A DNA stretch of 64,000 bases from Cetorhinus maximus (Eukaryota): the NCBI RefSeq assembly GCF_964194155.1, contig NC_135901.1, positions 26,102,001-26,166,000 of the forward strand, read 5' to 3'. The notes beneath the pieces are model-generated. The model had not been told where the DNA came from. It worked only from the letters and a program-made list of their open reading frames with translations, and did not search any database. Numbering within the stretch: the first letter of the stretch is position 1; each line of letters begins with the position of its first letter. This document shows positions 25,101-37,631 of the stretch, in pieces. The translations under genes and the position numbers were made by a program.

Positions 25101-26225
25101 TTATTTGTCTTTTGGTTTTTTACCACCTACCAGTCCCAGTCCAACACCCAGCCCCCAGCGCCCCCTGCTCCATTGATTAAGAATAATGATGAAACCATGG
25201 AAAATGTGGACCATTTTCTGTATCTTGGGAGCTTCAACTCGATGAAGGCAGACATAGACGACAACATTCCTCATCGCCTTCAGTGTTCCAGCTCAGCCTT
25301 CGGCAAAATGAAGAACAGACTATCTGAGGACCAGGATGTCAAACCTGGGACTCAGGTCATGGGTTACTGGGCAGCAGTGATCCCTGTGCTCCTACAGGCT
25401 TCAGAGACTTGGACAACCTACATCACGTACCTCAGAGCACTGGAGATGTACCACCAGCGATGCCTTCACAAGATCCTCCAAATCCAGTGGCAAGAAAGGC
25501 TGTCTAACAGCAATGTCCTTTCCCAAGCCACCTCGCCCGGCATTGAGAGGCTGATCACTTAAGACCAGCTCTGCTGGATGGGACATTTGTTGGTATTCTC
25601 GACACCAGACTCCCAAAGCAACTGTTCTACTTGGAACTCAGTCACAGCAGGAGACTGCCAGGAGGACAGCGGAAAAGCTTTAGAGAATGATGTGATTGCA
25701 CTGGAGAGAGAGTGCAGAGGAGATTCACTGGGACATTGCCTGGGCTGGAGCATTTCAGCTATGAAGAGAGACTAGATAGGCGGGGATTGTTTTCCTTAGA
25801 GCAGAGAAGGCTGAGGGAGGACCTGATTCAGCTGTACAAAGTTATGAGGGGCATGGATAGGAAGAAACTTTTCCCCTTAGTGGAGGGGTCAGTAACCAGG
25901 GGGCATAGATTTAAGGTGATGGGCTGAAGGTTTAGAGGGGATTTGAGGAAAGTATTTTCACCCAGAGGGCGGGGGCATCTGCAACTCACTGCCTGAAAGG
26001 GCGGTAGAGGCAAGAAACCTTACAACATTTAAGAAGTATTGAGATGAACACTTGAAATACCATAGCATACAAGGCTATGGGCCAAGTGCTGGAAAATGGG
26101 ATTAGAGTAGATAGGGACTTGATGACTGGCACGGAAGATCAAGCATTGAACTTATCAGCCATCTCAGAACCCTACAAATCAGAGTGGAAGCAAGTCACCT
26201 TCAAACCCGAGAGACTGCCTAAGGA
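25100..26225 (+). mobile_element. RTE-clade LINE, 3' segment (interrupted by CR1)
   Basis: VDHFLYLGS, AFGKM, LLQASETWT, HQRCLHKILQIQWQ; RTE-like 3' end at 26150-26225. Confidence 0.8.
25690..26132 (+). mobile_element. CR1 3' fragment nested in RTE
   Basis: QRRFTGTLPGLEHFSYEERLDRRGLFSLEQRRLREDLI. Confidence 0.85.
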
Positions 26226-26661
26226 ATAGGCAGTTTGGGCAGATCAGGGAGGTGGGCCTCCCTTCCTGGTGGCAAGCCCTGGTTACTCCAGTTGCTGGTT
26301 CCCATTTGAGTGAGGAAGGCAGGGCTTGTTCAGCCAGCAGGGTGCATGTGCAGCCATCTTGGTGAGGGCCAATCGAATAGGCAGGATTTCAGGGTCCCAG
26401 TGACCAGGAAAGAAAATTATTGACTCATTGATTTTATTCTCAGTCTGCAAACAGGGAGTAGCGAACTGAACCCAGACAGAGTAAAGGGAGTGAGAAAACT
26501 GAGAATGGAGGAAAGAAACTTAACTGGATTTTGTGCAGGCAAGAGAGAGAGTGTGTGAGATGTGGAGCAAAAATGAAAAATATTCCACAGAAACTAGAAC
26601 TGTCAGTTCTGAATTTCTATCCTGGAGTTACAGCGATGACATTTGTAAACTCCTTTCACAG

Positions 26662-28121
26662 GGCATTAGAAAGGGAGGATTTACAGACGGGAAACTCAAA
26701 CCAAACATCACGTCAAGATCTGACAGAACCACTCGATGCATCTGGACCTGAATATCATTGGCCTTTAAACGTGAAGGAGAAATACTTGTCTCTTCTGTCT
26801 GTGGGAAAAGATTTCAAACATCAGTGTGACTGGAAAAATAGAGACACACACACCTGAGTGAGAGTGTTCCAGTGCACAACTGTGGAAAGAGCTTTAACCA
26901 GTTGGCCTGAAAAAGCATCACATTGTTCACAGTGGGAGAAACTGTACATGTGTTGTGTGTGTGGATGAGGCTTCAACTAATCATCCAACCTGGAGAGACA
27001 CATGGACACGGGGACCATGGAGAAACTGGAAATGTGAGGACTGTGGGAAAGGATTCAATTATCCATCCCTTCTGGAAATCCATCGACGTAGCCACATTGG
27101 GGCCGGCACCATGGAGAAACCGTGGAAATGTGAGGACTGTGGTAAAGGATTCTATTATCCACACCAGCTGGAAATGCATCGACGCAGTCGCACTGGGGAG
27201 AAGCTGTTCATCTGTTCCGTGCGTGGGAACGGATTTACTTGAACATCCTGCCTCATGTTACATCAGCAAATTCACACTGAAGAGAGGACGTTCAGCTGCA
27301 CATACTGTGGAAAGAGGTTCAAGCGGTCATCCCATCTCACTGCACATCAGCAACTTCACACTGGGGAGAGGCTATTCACCTGCTCTGTGTGTGGGAAGGG
27401 ATTCACTCATTCATCCGGTCTTCAGTCACACCAACAAATTCACACTGAAGAGAAGGCATTCAACTGTACTTCCTGTAGAAAGAGGTTCAGGCATTCATCT
27501 GCCCTTGTTGAACACCAGCGAGTTCACGCTGGGGAGAGGCCATTCACCTGCTCTGTGTGTGGGAGGGGATTTGCTCGGTCATCCACCCTGCTGTCACACC
27601 AGTGAATTCACACTGGGGAGAGACCGTTTTACTGCACTTGCTGTGGAACGAGGTTCAGGTGTTCAGCCGACCTCGATTCACATAAGCGAGTTCACACCGG
27701 GGAGAGGCCATTCACCTGCTCTGTGTGTGGGAAGGGATTCACTCAGTCATCCACCCTGCTGACACACCAGCGAGTTCACACTGGGGAGAAGCCATTCAGC
27801 TGCACTTCATGTGGGAAGAGTTTCAGGCTGTCATCCACCCTCACTGCTCACCAACGCACACACACTGGGGAGAGACCGTTCACCTGTTCCGTGTGTGGGA
27901 AGGGATTCACTCAGTCTGGGAGCCTGCAATTACACGAACGCACTCACACTGGGGAGAAGCCAATCACCAGCTCCACATGTGGGAAGGGATTCACTCAGTC
28001 TGGCAGCCTGCATTTACATGAACGCACTCATACCGGAGAGAAGCCATTCACCTGCTCCGTGTGTGGGAAGGGATTCACTCAGCCTGGCAGCCTGCTGAGA
28101 CACCAGCGAGTTCACAAGTGA
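26662..28121 (+). pseudogene. C2H2 ZNF pseudogene (type B, about 13 fingers, two in-frame nonsense codons)
   Basis: ORFs 26955, 27255 and 27723 share one frame broken by TGA at 27240 and 27603; acceptor ttcacAG|G at 26661; duplicated first finger; AATAAA 28346-28351. Confidence 0.85.
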
Positions 28122-28459
28122 CTGCAAGGATTGGATTCTGCTATTATTGCTGCTGTTAATCACGTCCAGGACTAATAGTCTGATAATATCTGGCTTGTTT
28201 CTGTTGATGTTAACAACCCTATAACTGGCTGGAGTTTAATACTCTGGAGATGTCACTGATTTTCGGAGCTGTAGTGTCCCTTTTTAAAAACACCATCTGT
28301 GATCTTTCCCTTTAATTCAAGAACCCTCAACAGGAACTCATTTACAATAAAATTATGAACTTTTACTTCAATCTTAAATTGGTCTTTGCAAATTCAGTGT
28401 CTGACAGGTTCCACTGATTAACATCTCCAATTAGGAAGTGCGAATTAATCTTTGCTGAC

Positions 28460-28850
28460 AATCAGGATCAGTTCCACAGGACATATGTGATACAAACATT
28501 TTGGAAAAACAAAGGTGACAGAGGAGATTGCAACAAACTACAGGGACATCTCACTCCTTAGTGTCATTGGGAAGGTCTTTGCTGGGATTATGCTTAATGA
28601 TTTCATCAACTTGCAGACTGAGTGTATCCAGAAGCACAGAGCTGGCAGATCTACAGTGAACGTGATCTTCTCCAGATGCCAGCTATAAAAGAAGTGTAGA
28701 GAACAGGATATACCTCTTTTTACCTTACAGTGTAGATCTCAGGAAAGCATTTGGCACCCTCAGCAGGGCAGGACTCGACAAGAGTTTGGAGAAAATTGAC
28801 TGTCCACCAAAGCTGCTCAGTCTCAGCCACTCCTTTCATGGCAACATGCA
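28460..28850 (+). mobile_element. Decayed RTE fragment
   Basis: aaaggtgacagaggagattgcaac..ctacaggg (KGDRGDCNNYRG) and cagctataaaagaagtgtagagaacag (QL.KKCREQ). Confidence 0.7.
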
Positions 28851-28852
28851 GT

Positions 28853-29313
28853 GTCCTGATTATTGATGCCATACGACTCTGATTATTAACTGAAATAATT
28901 CTGATTATTAATTAGCATCCTGATAAGTGCAATAATTTTCTGGTTATTGAAGCAGTAGGCAGCTGATTATTAATGCGATTGGAACTGTAATTAATGTAAT
29001 TAATGCTGATTATTAATGTATTAGGATGATGATTATTTATACAATAAGATCCTGATTGTTGATGCAATGGCCACCAGAATATTAATGTAATAATATCCTG
29101 ATTATTAATGTGTTGAGATCCTGAATCTTAAAGTAATTGGACTCTGATCATTAATTTAATAGGAACCTGAGCATTGATGTAATAGGATCCTCATTTTGAT
29201 GCAGTAGGATTCTGATTATTAATGTAACAGTGTCCTGATTGTTAAATACATTATGATCCCGATTATTAATACATTATGATCCCGATTATTAATACATTAT
29301 GATCCTGATTATT
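28853..29313. repeat. AT-rich minisatellite, about 23-bp unit
   Basis: Recurring (gat)cctgattattaatg; the last copies tacattatgatcccgattattaa are near-perfect. Confidence 0.85.
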
Positions 29314-29599
29314 GAAGAAATCGACTTTCCAGAAAAAAATGAACGCCAACCTTTTCACAAGTGTTTTTTGCAGCAACAATTGGGCCTCAGAGAGTCGCCC
29401 ATTAGGCCGCACCCACTAACAAAACAAAAACCGAGAGGATTTACAGGGGCCTCGCAGCTGTCAGGAAACAGTTGGAGCTCCACGGCAGCCATTGCTGCCT
29501 CGGAGCTCGCGAGCCCAAAATCTTGACTCACACCCCATTGTGGTCACAACCCTCAGTTTGGGAAGCCCTCAAATACACTGAGACTATAAAATGGGAACT

Positions 29600-29865
29600 G
29601 GCTTTGAAAGCTCTTGTCACAGTCAAAGCATTTAAACCCTCTCCAGTATGAACTCGTTGGTGTGTTTAGAGGCTGGATGACCGAGTGAATCCCTGCCCAC
29701 GCGTGGAGCAGGTGAACAGCCTCTCCCCAGTGTGCAGGCACTGATGACTTTCCAACTCAAATGAGTAATTAATCCCTTTCCACTGTCCCTGCATTAACAC
29801 GGTTTCTCCCCAGTGTGACTGAGCTTGTGTCTTGACGGGCCAGATGATCGGCTGAATCCTTGTCC
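29600..29865 (-). pseudogene. Relic type-A ZNF fragment (about 3-4 broken fingers)
   Basis: SSGPSRHKLSHTGEKPC and [30 protein letters not shown] in different frames; truncated by a CR1 tail at about 29870-29975. Confidence 0.75.
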
Positions 29866-30269
29866 AGGGATATGGGTAAAGAGTGGGGGGAGTGGGATTA
29901 ACTGGATTGCTCTTTGAAAGAGCCAGTGCAGATTCGATGAGCCAAGTGGCCTCCTTCTGTGCTGTACTATAATGAGATGTGATTCTATAACAGGATAATG
30001 ATTCATAATAAACACGATATGATCGAATCATAGAGCTGACAAGGTGGCCATTCCACACAAAGAAGGCAAACATTTCCCGTCTGATTCAGGTCACTGTGTT
30101 TATGTATAAATACTATTTGGAAATTTGTTGCTAAAAATGTCTGCAGAAGGTTTGGGTGGAATGTGGGAATTGAATCCACATTCCCAGGTCCAAAGCCTCG
30201 GCCTCTGGAATACTAGTCCAGTGATGTTATCACTGTGACACCATCTGCCCTACGTTTAGGGTGAGAACA

Positions 30270-31300
30270 CACACAGGCGGCAGAGTTTTGGATGATCTCG
30301 TTTCCAGGTTGTTGGTGGGGTGGCAGGGCAGGGTCAATGCGAGAGACTGGCCAGGAATGTATTAGAATAGTCAAGTCATGGGTATGAGGAGAATTTCAGC
30401 AACAGATGAGCTGGGGTAAGGTGGAGACGGGTGACGTTACGGAGGGGGAAATATCTGGTATTAATGATGGTGTGGATATGTGGCTGGAAAGTCATCTTGG
30501 GTTCAAATATGACACCAAGATTGTGAAGAGTGTGGTTCAGCCTCAGACATTTCCCAGGGAGAGGGATGGACTCAGTAGTTAGGGATCAGAATTTGTAGTG
30601 GTGACCGAAGACAATGGCTGTGGTCTTCCAAATTTTTAATTGGAAGAAATTTCTGCTCATCCAGTGCTGGATGTCGGATGAACAATTTGATAATTCAGTA
30701 ATAGTGGAGGAATGGAGAGGGATGTTGGAGAGGTAGTACTGGGTGTTGTCAGTACATGGGAAAACTAACATGATGTTTTTGGATGATGTCGCTTGGTGGC
30801 AGCATGTAGATGAGAAATAGGAGGGTCCAAGAATAGATCCTTGGGGAAAACCAAGTTCAAGGACGTTGGAGAAGAAAGGGAGTGGTAGCAGATGGTGTGG
30901 TAGTTTGCAAAGAAGGTGGGTGAAGGGTTTTTTTCAGGAAGGGTAAGGGTGAGAGGGGCATAACCAGAAGAGAGAGAGCACTGTTAACAATATCAGCAAC
31001 ACAGGGAAGATGGATGGTCAGCAGTTTGGCAGGAATAGAATCGAGGGACCAGGAGGTGGGTCTCCTGCACAAGAAGAGCTCTGACTGGGCATGATGGGAG
31101 ATAGGAGAGGAACTGTGAGTTCAGGGCTTGGACATGGGGGAACTTTAGAGACAGTTTGGCCCTGTGGCATAGTGGAAGGGAGGGGAGTAGCAGAGGCAGG
31201 TGAAAGGATTGTCTCAATCTTAGTGACAAAGAAGCTCCATGAGCTCCTCACACTTGTGGTTGTTGGTAAGGGTGGAGGAGACAGAGAGCCCTTCAAAAGG
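30270..31300 (-). mobile_element. Decayed L2 fragment downstream of the third type-A ZNF
   Basis: Collinear with 1450-2420 (DIQHWMSRNFFQLKIWKT). Confidence 0.7.
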
Positions 31301-31328
31301 AATTAACTTATATATTAGTGACATTAAA

Positions 31329-31780
31329 GGGGGAGGCAGTGGTGTAGTAGTATCGTCATTGGATGAATAATCCTGAGACCAGCTGGTAATGGTCTGGAGA
31401 CCTAGGTTCAAATCCCACGACGGTATATGGTGAAATTTAAATTCAATAAAAATCTGGAACAAAAAGTTTAATGATGACCATAAATTGATTGTTGTAAAAA
31501 CCCATCTAGTTCACTAATGCTCTTTAGGGAAGGAAATCTGCCGTCCTTACCCAGTCTGGTCTACCAGACCCAAAGCACTGTGGTTTATTTTTAAATGGCC
31601 CAGCAAGACACTCGGTTGTATCAAACCGTTATGAAGTCTATAAGGAAAGAAACTGAACCTACACCACATAGACTGCAGCAGTTCAAGAAGGCAGCTCACC
31701 ACCTTCTCAAGGGCAATTAGGGGTGATCAATAAATGCTGGCCTAGCCAGCGAGGCCCACATCCCATGAATGAACAAAAAA
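31329..31780 (+). mobile_element. Near full-length tRNA-derived SINE
   Basis: Head ggggaggcagtggtgtagt...ggttcaaatccc (A/B boxes); A-rich tail; related copies at 37378-37631 (-), 44082-44350 (+), 46460-46620 (-) and 30150-30250 (-). Confidence 0.8.
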
Positions 31781-31945
31781 AGATTCAACACACTGCATGT
31801 TTAGTACAAAGCTGATTTATTTTTCTCTTGTCAACAATATTTTCCCCTATAACTGGTCTGGGATTTATTAACATGAATAGGAACAGACACCACTGAACAT
31901 GGTTCAGTCCTGGATGTGATTAACAGCAAAATCTAATCATTGCAG

Positions 31946-32983
31946 TTACTTGTGAACTCGCTGATGCTTCAGTAGGTGGGATGTCTGAGCGAATCCCTTC
32001 CCACACTCGGAGCAGGTGAACGGCCTCTCCCTGGTGTGAATTCGCTGGTGTACAGTGAGTTGAGATGATTTCCTGAACCTAGTCCCACAGTGAGAGCACT
32101 TGAACGGCCTCTCGTCAGTGTGAACACGTTGATGCGACATAAATTCCCAGGAAGTTTTATAGCACTTCCCGCAGTCTGGGCATTTAAAAGGTCTCTCATC
32201 AGTGTGAACTCGCTGGTGTTTCAGCAGGGTGGATGATTGAGTGAATCCCTTCCCACATTTAGAGCAGGTGAATGGCCTCTCCCCAGTGTGAAGTCGCTGG
32301 TGTACAATGAGTTGAGATGATCGCTTGAATCCAGTCCCGCAGTGAGAGCACCTGAACGGTCTCTCGTCAGTGTGAACACGTTGATGGGACATCAGTTCCC
32401 AGGAACTTTTATAGGACTTCCCACATTGTGGGCATTTAAAGGGTCTCTCATCAGTGTGAACACGTTGATGGGACATCAGTTCCCCAGAACTTTTAAAGCA
32501 CTTCCCGCAGTCCAGACATTTAAAAGGTCTCTCGTCAGTGTGAACTCGCTGGTGTCTCAACAGGGTGGATAAATGGGTGAATCCCCTCCCACACTCTGAG
32601 CAGGAGAATGGTCTCTCCCCAGTGTGAACTCGCTGATGTTTCAGCAGGTTGGAGGAATCAGTGAACCCTTTCCCACATGCAGAGCAGGTGAACAGCCTCT
32701 CTCCAGTGTGAACTCGTTGGTGTGTTAGCAAGTTCGATGATCGAGTAAATCCTTTCCCACATATGGAGCAGATGAATGGTCTCTCTCCAGTGTGAGTGCG
32801 TCGATGAGTTTCCAGTTCAGACGGGTAACCAAATGCCTCCTCACAGTCCCCACATTTCCACGGTTTCTCCCCTGTGTGAATGCGCTTGTGTCTTGACAAA
32901 CCAGATGATTGGCTGAAGCCTCGTCCACACACAGAACATATGTAAAGTTTCTCCCCACTGTGAATGGCGCTTTTTCCTTCCAT
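31946..32983 (-). CDS. C2H2 zinc-finger protein (type A, 12 intact fingers)
   Basis: Open ORF with ATG at 32983; acceptor exon start 33091; AATAAA on minus strand at 31816-31821. Confidence 0.9.
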   Translation of the reverse strand: MEGKSAIHSGEKLYICSVCGRGFSQSSGLSRHKRIHTGEKPWKCGDCEEAFGYPSELETHRRTHTGERPFICSICGKGFTRSSNLLTHQRVHTGERLFTCSACGKGFTDSSNLLKHQRVHTGERPFSCSECGRGFTHLSTLLRHQRVHTDERPFKCLDCGKCFKSSGELMSHQRVHTDERPFKCPQCGKSYKSSWELMSHQRVHTDERPFRCSHCGTGFKRSSQLIVHQRLHTGERPFTCSKCGKGFTQSSTLLKHQRVHTDERPFKCPDCGKCYKTSWEFMSHQRVHTDERPFKCSHCGTRFRKSSQLTVHQRIHTRERPFTCSECGKGFAQTSHLLKHQRVHK

Positions 32984-34029
32984 GTTCAAAATCCAATGTA
33001 TTCAAGTTACGATAAACTGGACGACTCCGTCAGACCCTGATGTGATGTTTGGTCTCAGTTTCCATCATGCAAATCTTCTCCTTCTGACACCCTGTGAAAT
33101 CAATTTAAAACAGGAAAAAAGGAGTGAGAGAGAACCCACAAAAACACTCAGGCAGGTTGTGAAATTGAGCTGAAAGAATCTGGTAATTTGTGCGGCCGGC
33201 ACAAGGAAAAAGTGACCATGAAAACTGCTGGATTGTCGTAAAAACTCAACTGGTTCACTAATGTCCTTCAGGGAAGGGAACCTGCTACCCGGTCTGGGCC
33301 TATAGAAGACTCGAGCCTCCATGTGGAGAGGAGAGTGAGAGAGGATTGGGATCAGGCGCAGAGAAGGAGAGGGATTTTCTATTTCCGCAACTTGACCAGA
33401 ACTTTGACAGACTTTCCAAAACACTCAACCCCCAGCACCTAGAGGAACAGGATAACAGGTGTATGTGAACAGCATCACCTCCAATCTCCCCTCCAAGTTA
33501 CACTCCGTCCTGACTTGTCTGACATCCAGTACCGGATGAACACAAATTTCCTCCATTTAAACATTGGGAAGACTGAAGCTATTCCCTTCAGTCCCCACTA
33601 CCAACCCTAGACACTGACTCCAGCCCTCTCCTTGACAACAGTCTGAGTCTGAAACATTGGTGTCATATTTGACCCCAAGGCAAGCTCCCAACCGCATATT
33701 AGCATCATCGTCAAGACTAGATTCCACCTCAGTGACATCGCCAGACTCCACCCCAGCCTCATCTCATCTGCTGCTGAAACTATCATCCATCCCTTTGTTA
33801 CCTCCAAGATATCTATGCTCCTCTAATTCTGACTTCCCGAGTATTCCTGATTTTATTTGCTCCACGTTTGGTGGCCACATCTGCAACTGCCAAGATCTTA
33901 AGCTGCGGAATTTTCTCCCTAACCCTCTCCACCTTTCTATCTTCCTTTCCTTCTTTCAGATACTCCTGAAAACTGACTTCAGCTTCTGGTACCCTGTCAG
34001 TCTACAGAAGCAATCACTAGTTGTCAGGA

Positions 34030-34493
34030 TAGAAACATAGGGATAGGAGAAGGCCATTCAGCCCATCTAGCCTGCTCCGCCATTCAATACTATCATGGCT
34101 GATCGAACACTTAAATGCCTTTTACCCACACTATCCCCATCACCCTTTACGTTATTGTTAATCAGAAATCTATCAATATCTACCTTAAACATACTCAGTG
34201 ACTAAGCTTCCACTACCCTCTGGGGTAGAGAATTCTAAAAATTCACAACCCTCTGAGTATCACAGAGTCACAGAAAATCACAGAGCAGAAGAGGCCCTTC
34301 AGCCCATCGAGTCTGCACTGACACGTGAGAAACACCTGACCTACTTACCTAATCCCATTTACCAGCACTTGGGCCATAGCCTTGAACGTTATGATGTGCC
34401 AAGTGCTCATCCAGGTACTTATTAAAGGATGTGAGACAACCTGCCTCCACCAGCTTCCCAGGCAGCACATTCCAGACTGTCACCACCCTCTGG
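34030..34493 (-). mobile_element. Two stacked CR1 3' ends (34030-34258; young ATTCTGTG-type family 34259-34493)
   Basis: tagaaacatag tail; the second piece is the reverse complement of the 3' end at 16850-17074. Confidence 0.8.
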
Positions 34494-37377
34494 GACTGGG
34501 GGTCTGAAATGCATTTGTTTCAATGCGAGAAGTATAACAGGCAAGGCAGATGAGCTTAGAGCTTGGATTAGTACTTGGGGCTATGATGTTATTGCTATTA
34601 CAGAGACTTGGTTGAAGGATGGATAGGATTGGCAGATAAACGTTCCAGGATTTAGATGTTTCAGGCAGGATAGAGAGGGATGTAGAAGAGATGGGGGAGT
34701 TGCACTGCTGGTTAAGGGGAATATCACAGCTGTACAACAGGAGGACACCTCATTGGGCTCATGCAGCGAGGCAATATGGGTAGAGCTCCGGAATAGAAAA
34801 GGTGCAGTCTCAATGTTGGGGTTTTACTATAGGGCTCCCAATTGCCGGAGGGAGATTGAGGAACAGTTATGTCGGCAGATTTTGGAAAGATGTAAGAGCA
34901 ATAGGGTTGTTGTGGTGGGTGATTTTAACTTTCCCTATATTGACTGGGAATCACTTAGTGCTAGGGGTTTGGATGGTGCAGAATTTGTAAGGTGCATCCA
35001 GGAGAGCTTCCTGAGACAATATGTAGATAGTCCAACGAGGGAAGGGGCAATACTGGACCTGGTATTAGGGAATGAACCCGGCCAGGTGGTCGAATTTTCA
35101 GTAGGAGAGCATTTTGGGAAAAGTGACCATAATTCAGTAAGTTTCAAGGTACTGGTGGATAAGGAAAACAGGAGTCCTCGGGTTAAGGTGCTTAATTGGG
35201 GGAAGGCTAATTATAACAATATTAGGCAGGAACTGAGGAATCTAGACTGGAGGAGAATGTTTGAGGGCAAATCAACAACTGACATGTGGGGGGCTTTCAA
35301 ATGTCAGTTGATAAGAATTCAGGACCGGCATGTTCCTGCTAGGATGAAGGATAAGCATGGCAAGTTTCAGGAACCTTGGATAACGAAGGATATTGTGAGA
35401 TTAGTCAAAAAGAAAAGGGAAGCATTCGTAAGGGCTAGAAGGCTGGGAACAGATGAAGCCCGTGGAGAATACAAAGAAAGTAGGAAGAACCTTAAGCAAG
35501 GAGTCAGGAGGGCTAAAAGGGGTCATGAAAAGTCACTGGCAACCAGGATTAAGGAAAATCCCAAGGCCTTTTATACATATGTAAAGAGCAAGAGGGTAGC
35601 CAGGGAAAGGGTGGGCCCACTCAGGGACAGAGGTGGGAATCTGTGTGTGGAGCCAGAAGAAATGGGAGAGATACTGAATGAATACTTCTTATCAGTATTC
35701 ACCAAAGAGAAGGACTTAGCGGTCGATTTGTCTAGGGAAGAGTGTGTAGATAGCCTGGATCATGTTGAGATCAAAAAAGAGGTGTTAGGCGTCTTGAAGA
35801 ATATTAAGGTGGATAAGTCCCCAGGGCCAGATGGGATCTACCCCAGAGTACTGAGGGAGGCAAGGGAGGAGATTGCTGGGGTCTTGACAGAAAGCTTTGT
35901 ATCCTCACTGGCTACGGGTGAGGTCCCAGAGGACTGGAGAATGGCCAATGTTGTTCGATTGTTTAAGAAGGGTAGCAGGGATAATCCAGGAAATTACAGG
36001 CCGGTGAGCCTTACGTCAGGGAAATTATTGGAGAAGATTCTTCGTGACAGGATTTAATACCATTTGGAAGCAAATGGGCGTATTAGTGAGAGGCAGCATG
36101 GTTTTGTGAAGGGGAGGTTGTGTCTCACTAACTTGATCGAGTTTTTCGAGGAAGTGACAAAGATGATTGACGATGGAAGGGCAGTGGATGTTATCTACAT
36201 GGATTTCAGTAAGGCCTTTGACAAGGTCCCTCATGGCAGACTGGTACAGAAGGTAAAGTCGCACGGGATCAGAGGTGAGCTGGCAGGATGGATACAGAAT
36301 TGGCTTGGTCATAGAAGACAGAGGGTAGCAGTGGAAGGGTGCTTTTCTGAATGGAGAGCTGTGACTAGTGGAGTTCCGCAGGGATCAGTGCTGGGACCTT
36401 TGCTGTTTGTGGTATACATAAATGATTTGGAGGAAAATGTAACTGGGCTAATTAATAAGTTTGCAGACGACACCAAGGTTGGAGGAGTTGCAGATAGTGA
36501 AGAGGATTGTCAAAGGATACAACGGGATATAGATCGGTTGGAGACTTGGGCGGAGAAATGGCAGATGGAATTTAATCTGGACAAATGCGAGGTAATGCTT
36601 TTTGGAAGGTCTAATACAGGCAGGAATTACACAGTAAATGGCAGAACCCTTAAGTGCATCGACGGGCAGAGGGATCTGGGTGTACAGGTCCACAGGTCAC
36701 TGAAAGTGGCAACGCAGGTGGATAAGGTAGTCAGGAAGGCATATGGCATGCTTCCCTTCATTGGCAGGGGTATTGAGTATAAAAGCTGGGAAGTCATGCT
36801 GCAGCTGTATAGAACCTTGGTTAGGCCACACTTGGAATATTGCGTGCAATTCTGGTCACCACATTAGCAGAAGGATATGGAGGCATTGGAGAGGGTGCTG
36901 AGGAGGTTTACCAGGATGCTGCCTGGTCTGGAGGTTATCAGCTATGAGGAGAGGTTGGAGAAACTCGGATTGTTCTCACTAAAGCGACGGAGATTGAGGG
37001 GCGACTTGATAGAAGTTTACAAAATTATGAATGGCATGGACAGAGTAGATAGTCAGAAGCTTTTTCCCAGGGTGGAAGAGTCAATTACTAGGGGACATAG
37101 ATTTAAGGTGAGAGGAGAAAACTATAAAGGTGATGTGCGGGACAAGTTTTTTACGCAGAGGGGAGTGCGTGTCTGGAATTCGCTGCCAGAGATGGTGGAA
37201 GCAGGTACGATAGTGGTGTTTAAGAGGCAGCTTGACAAATACATGAATAGGATAGGAATAGAGGGATACGGACCCCGAAAGTGCAAAATGTTTTAGTTGA
37301 TGGGCAATATGATCGGCGCAGGCTTGGAGGGCCGAAGGGCCTGTTCCTGTGCTGTACTTTTCTTTGTTCTTTGTTCA
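34494..37377 (+). mobile_element. Young CR1 with essentially complete ORF2 (APE plus RT), inactivated by nonsense codons
   Basis: Starts at CFNARS...IAITETWL; ORFs 34753, 36064 and 36877 are all in one frame; GDFN, SDHN, QGSVLGP, FADD; tail ttctttgttctttgttc. Confidence 0.95.
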
Positions 37378-37631
37378 ATCACATTGTGGGGTCTGGAGTC
37401 ACATGTTGGCCAGATAAGGATGGCAGATTTCCTTCCCTAAAGGGGCATTAGTGAACCAGATGGGTCATTACAACATTCAACAATGGTTTCATCATTTAGG
37501 CTTTTAATTCCAGATTTTAATTGAATTCAAATTCTACCATCTGCCATGGCCGGATTCAAATCCAGGTCCCCAGAGCATACCCTCTCTGGATTACTAGTCC
37601 AATGACAATACCACTATGCCATCGCCTCCCC
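37378..37631 (-). mobile_element. tRNA-derived SINE (5' part)
   Basis: Reverse complement of the 31329-31600 family. Confidence 0.8.

Noticed and set aside
31329-31420. tRNA gene (also 44082, 45885, 22320-22375)
   Set aside because: A/B-box heads continue into SINE bodies and no full cloverleaf is evident.
34259-34600. Twin-priming inversion of a single CR1
   Set aside because: The minus piece is a 3' end of a different family (different tail), so this is nesting or juxtaposition.
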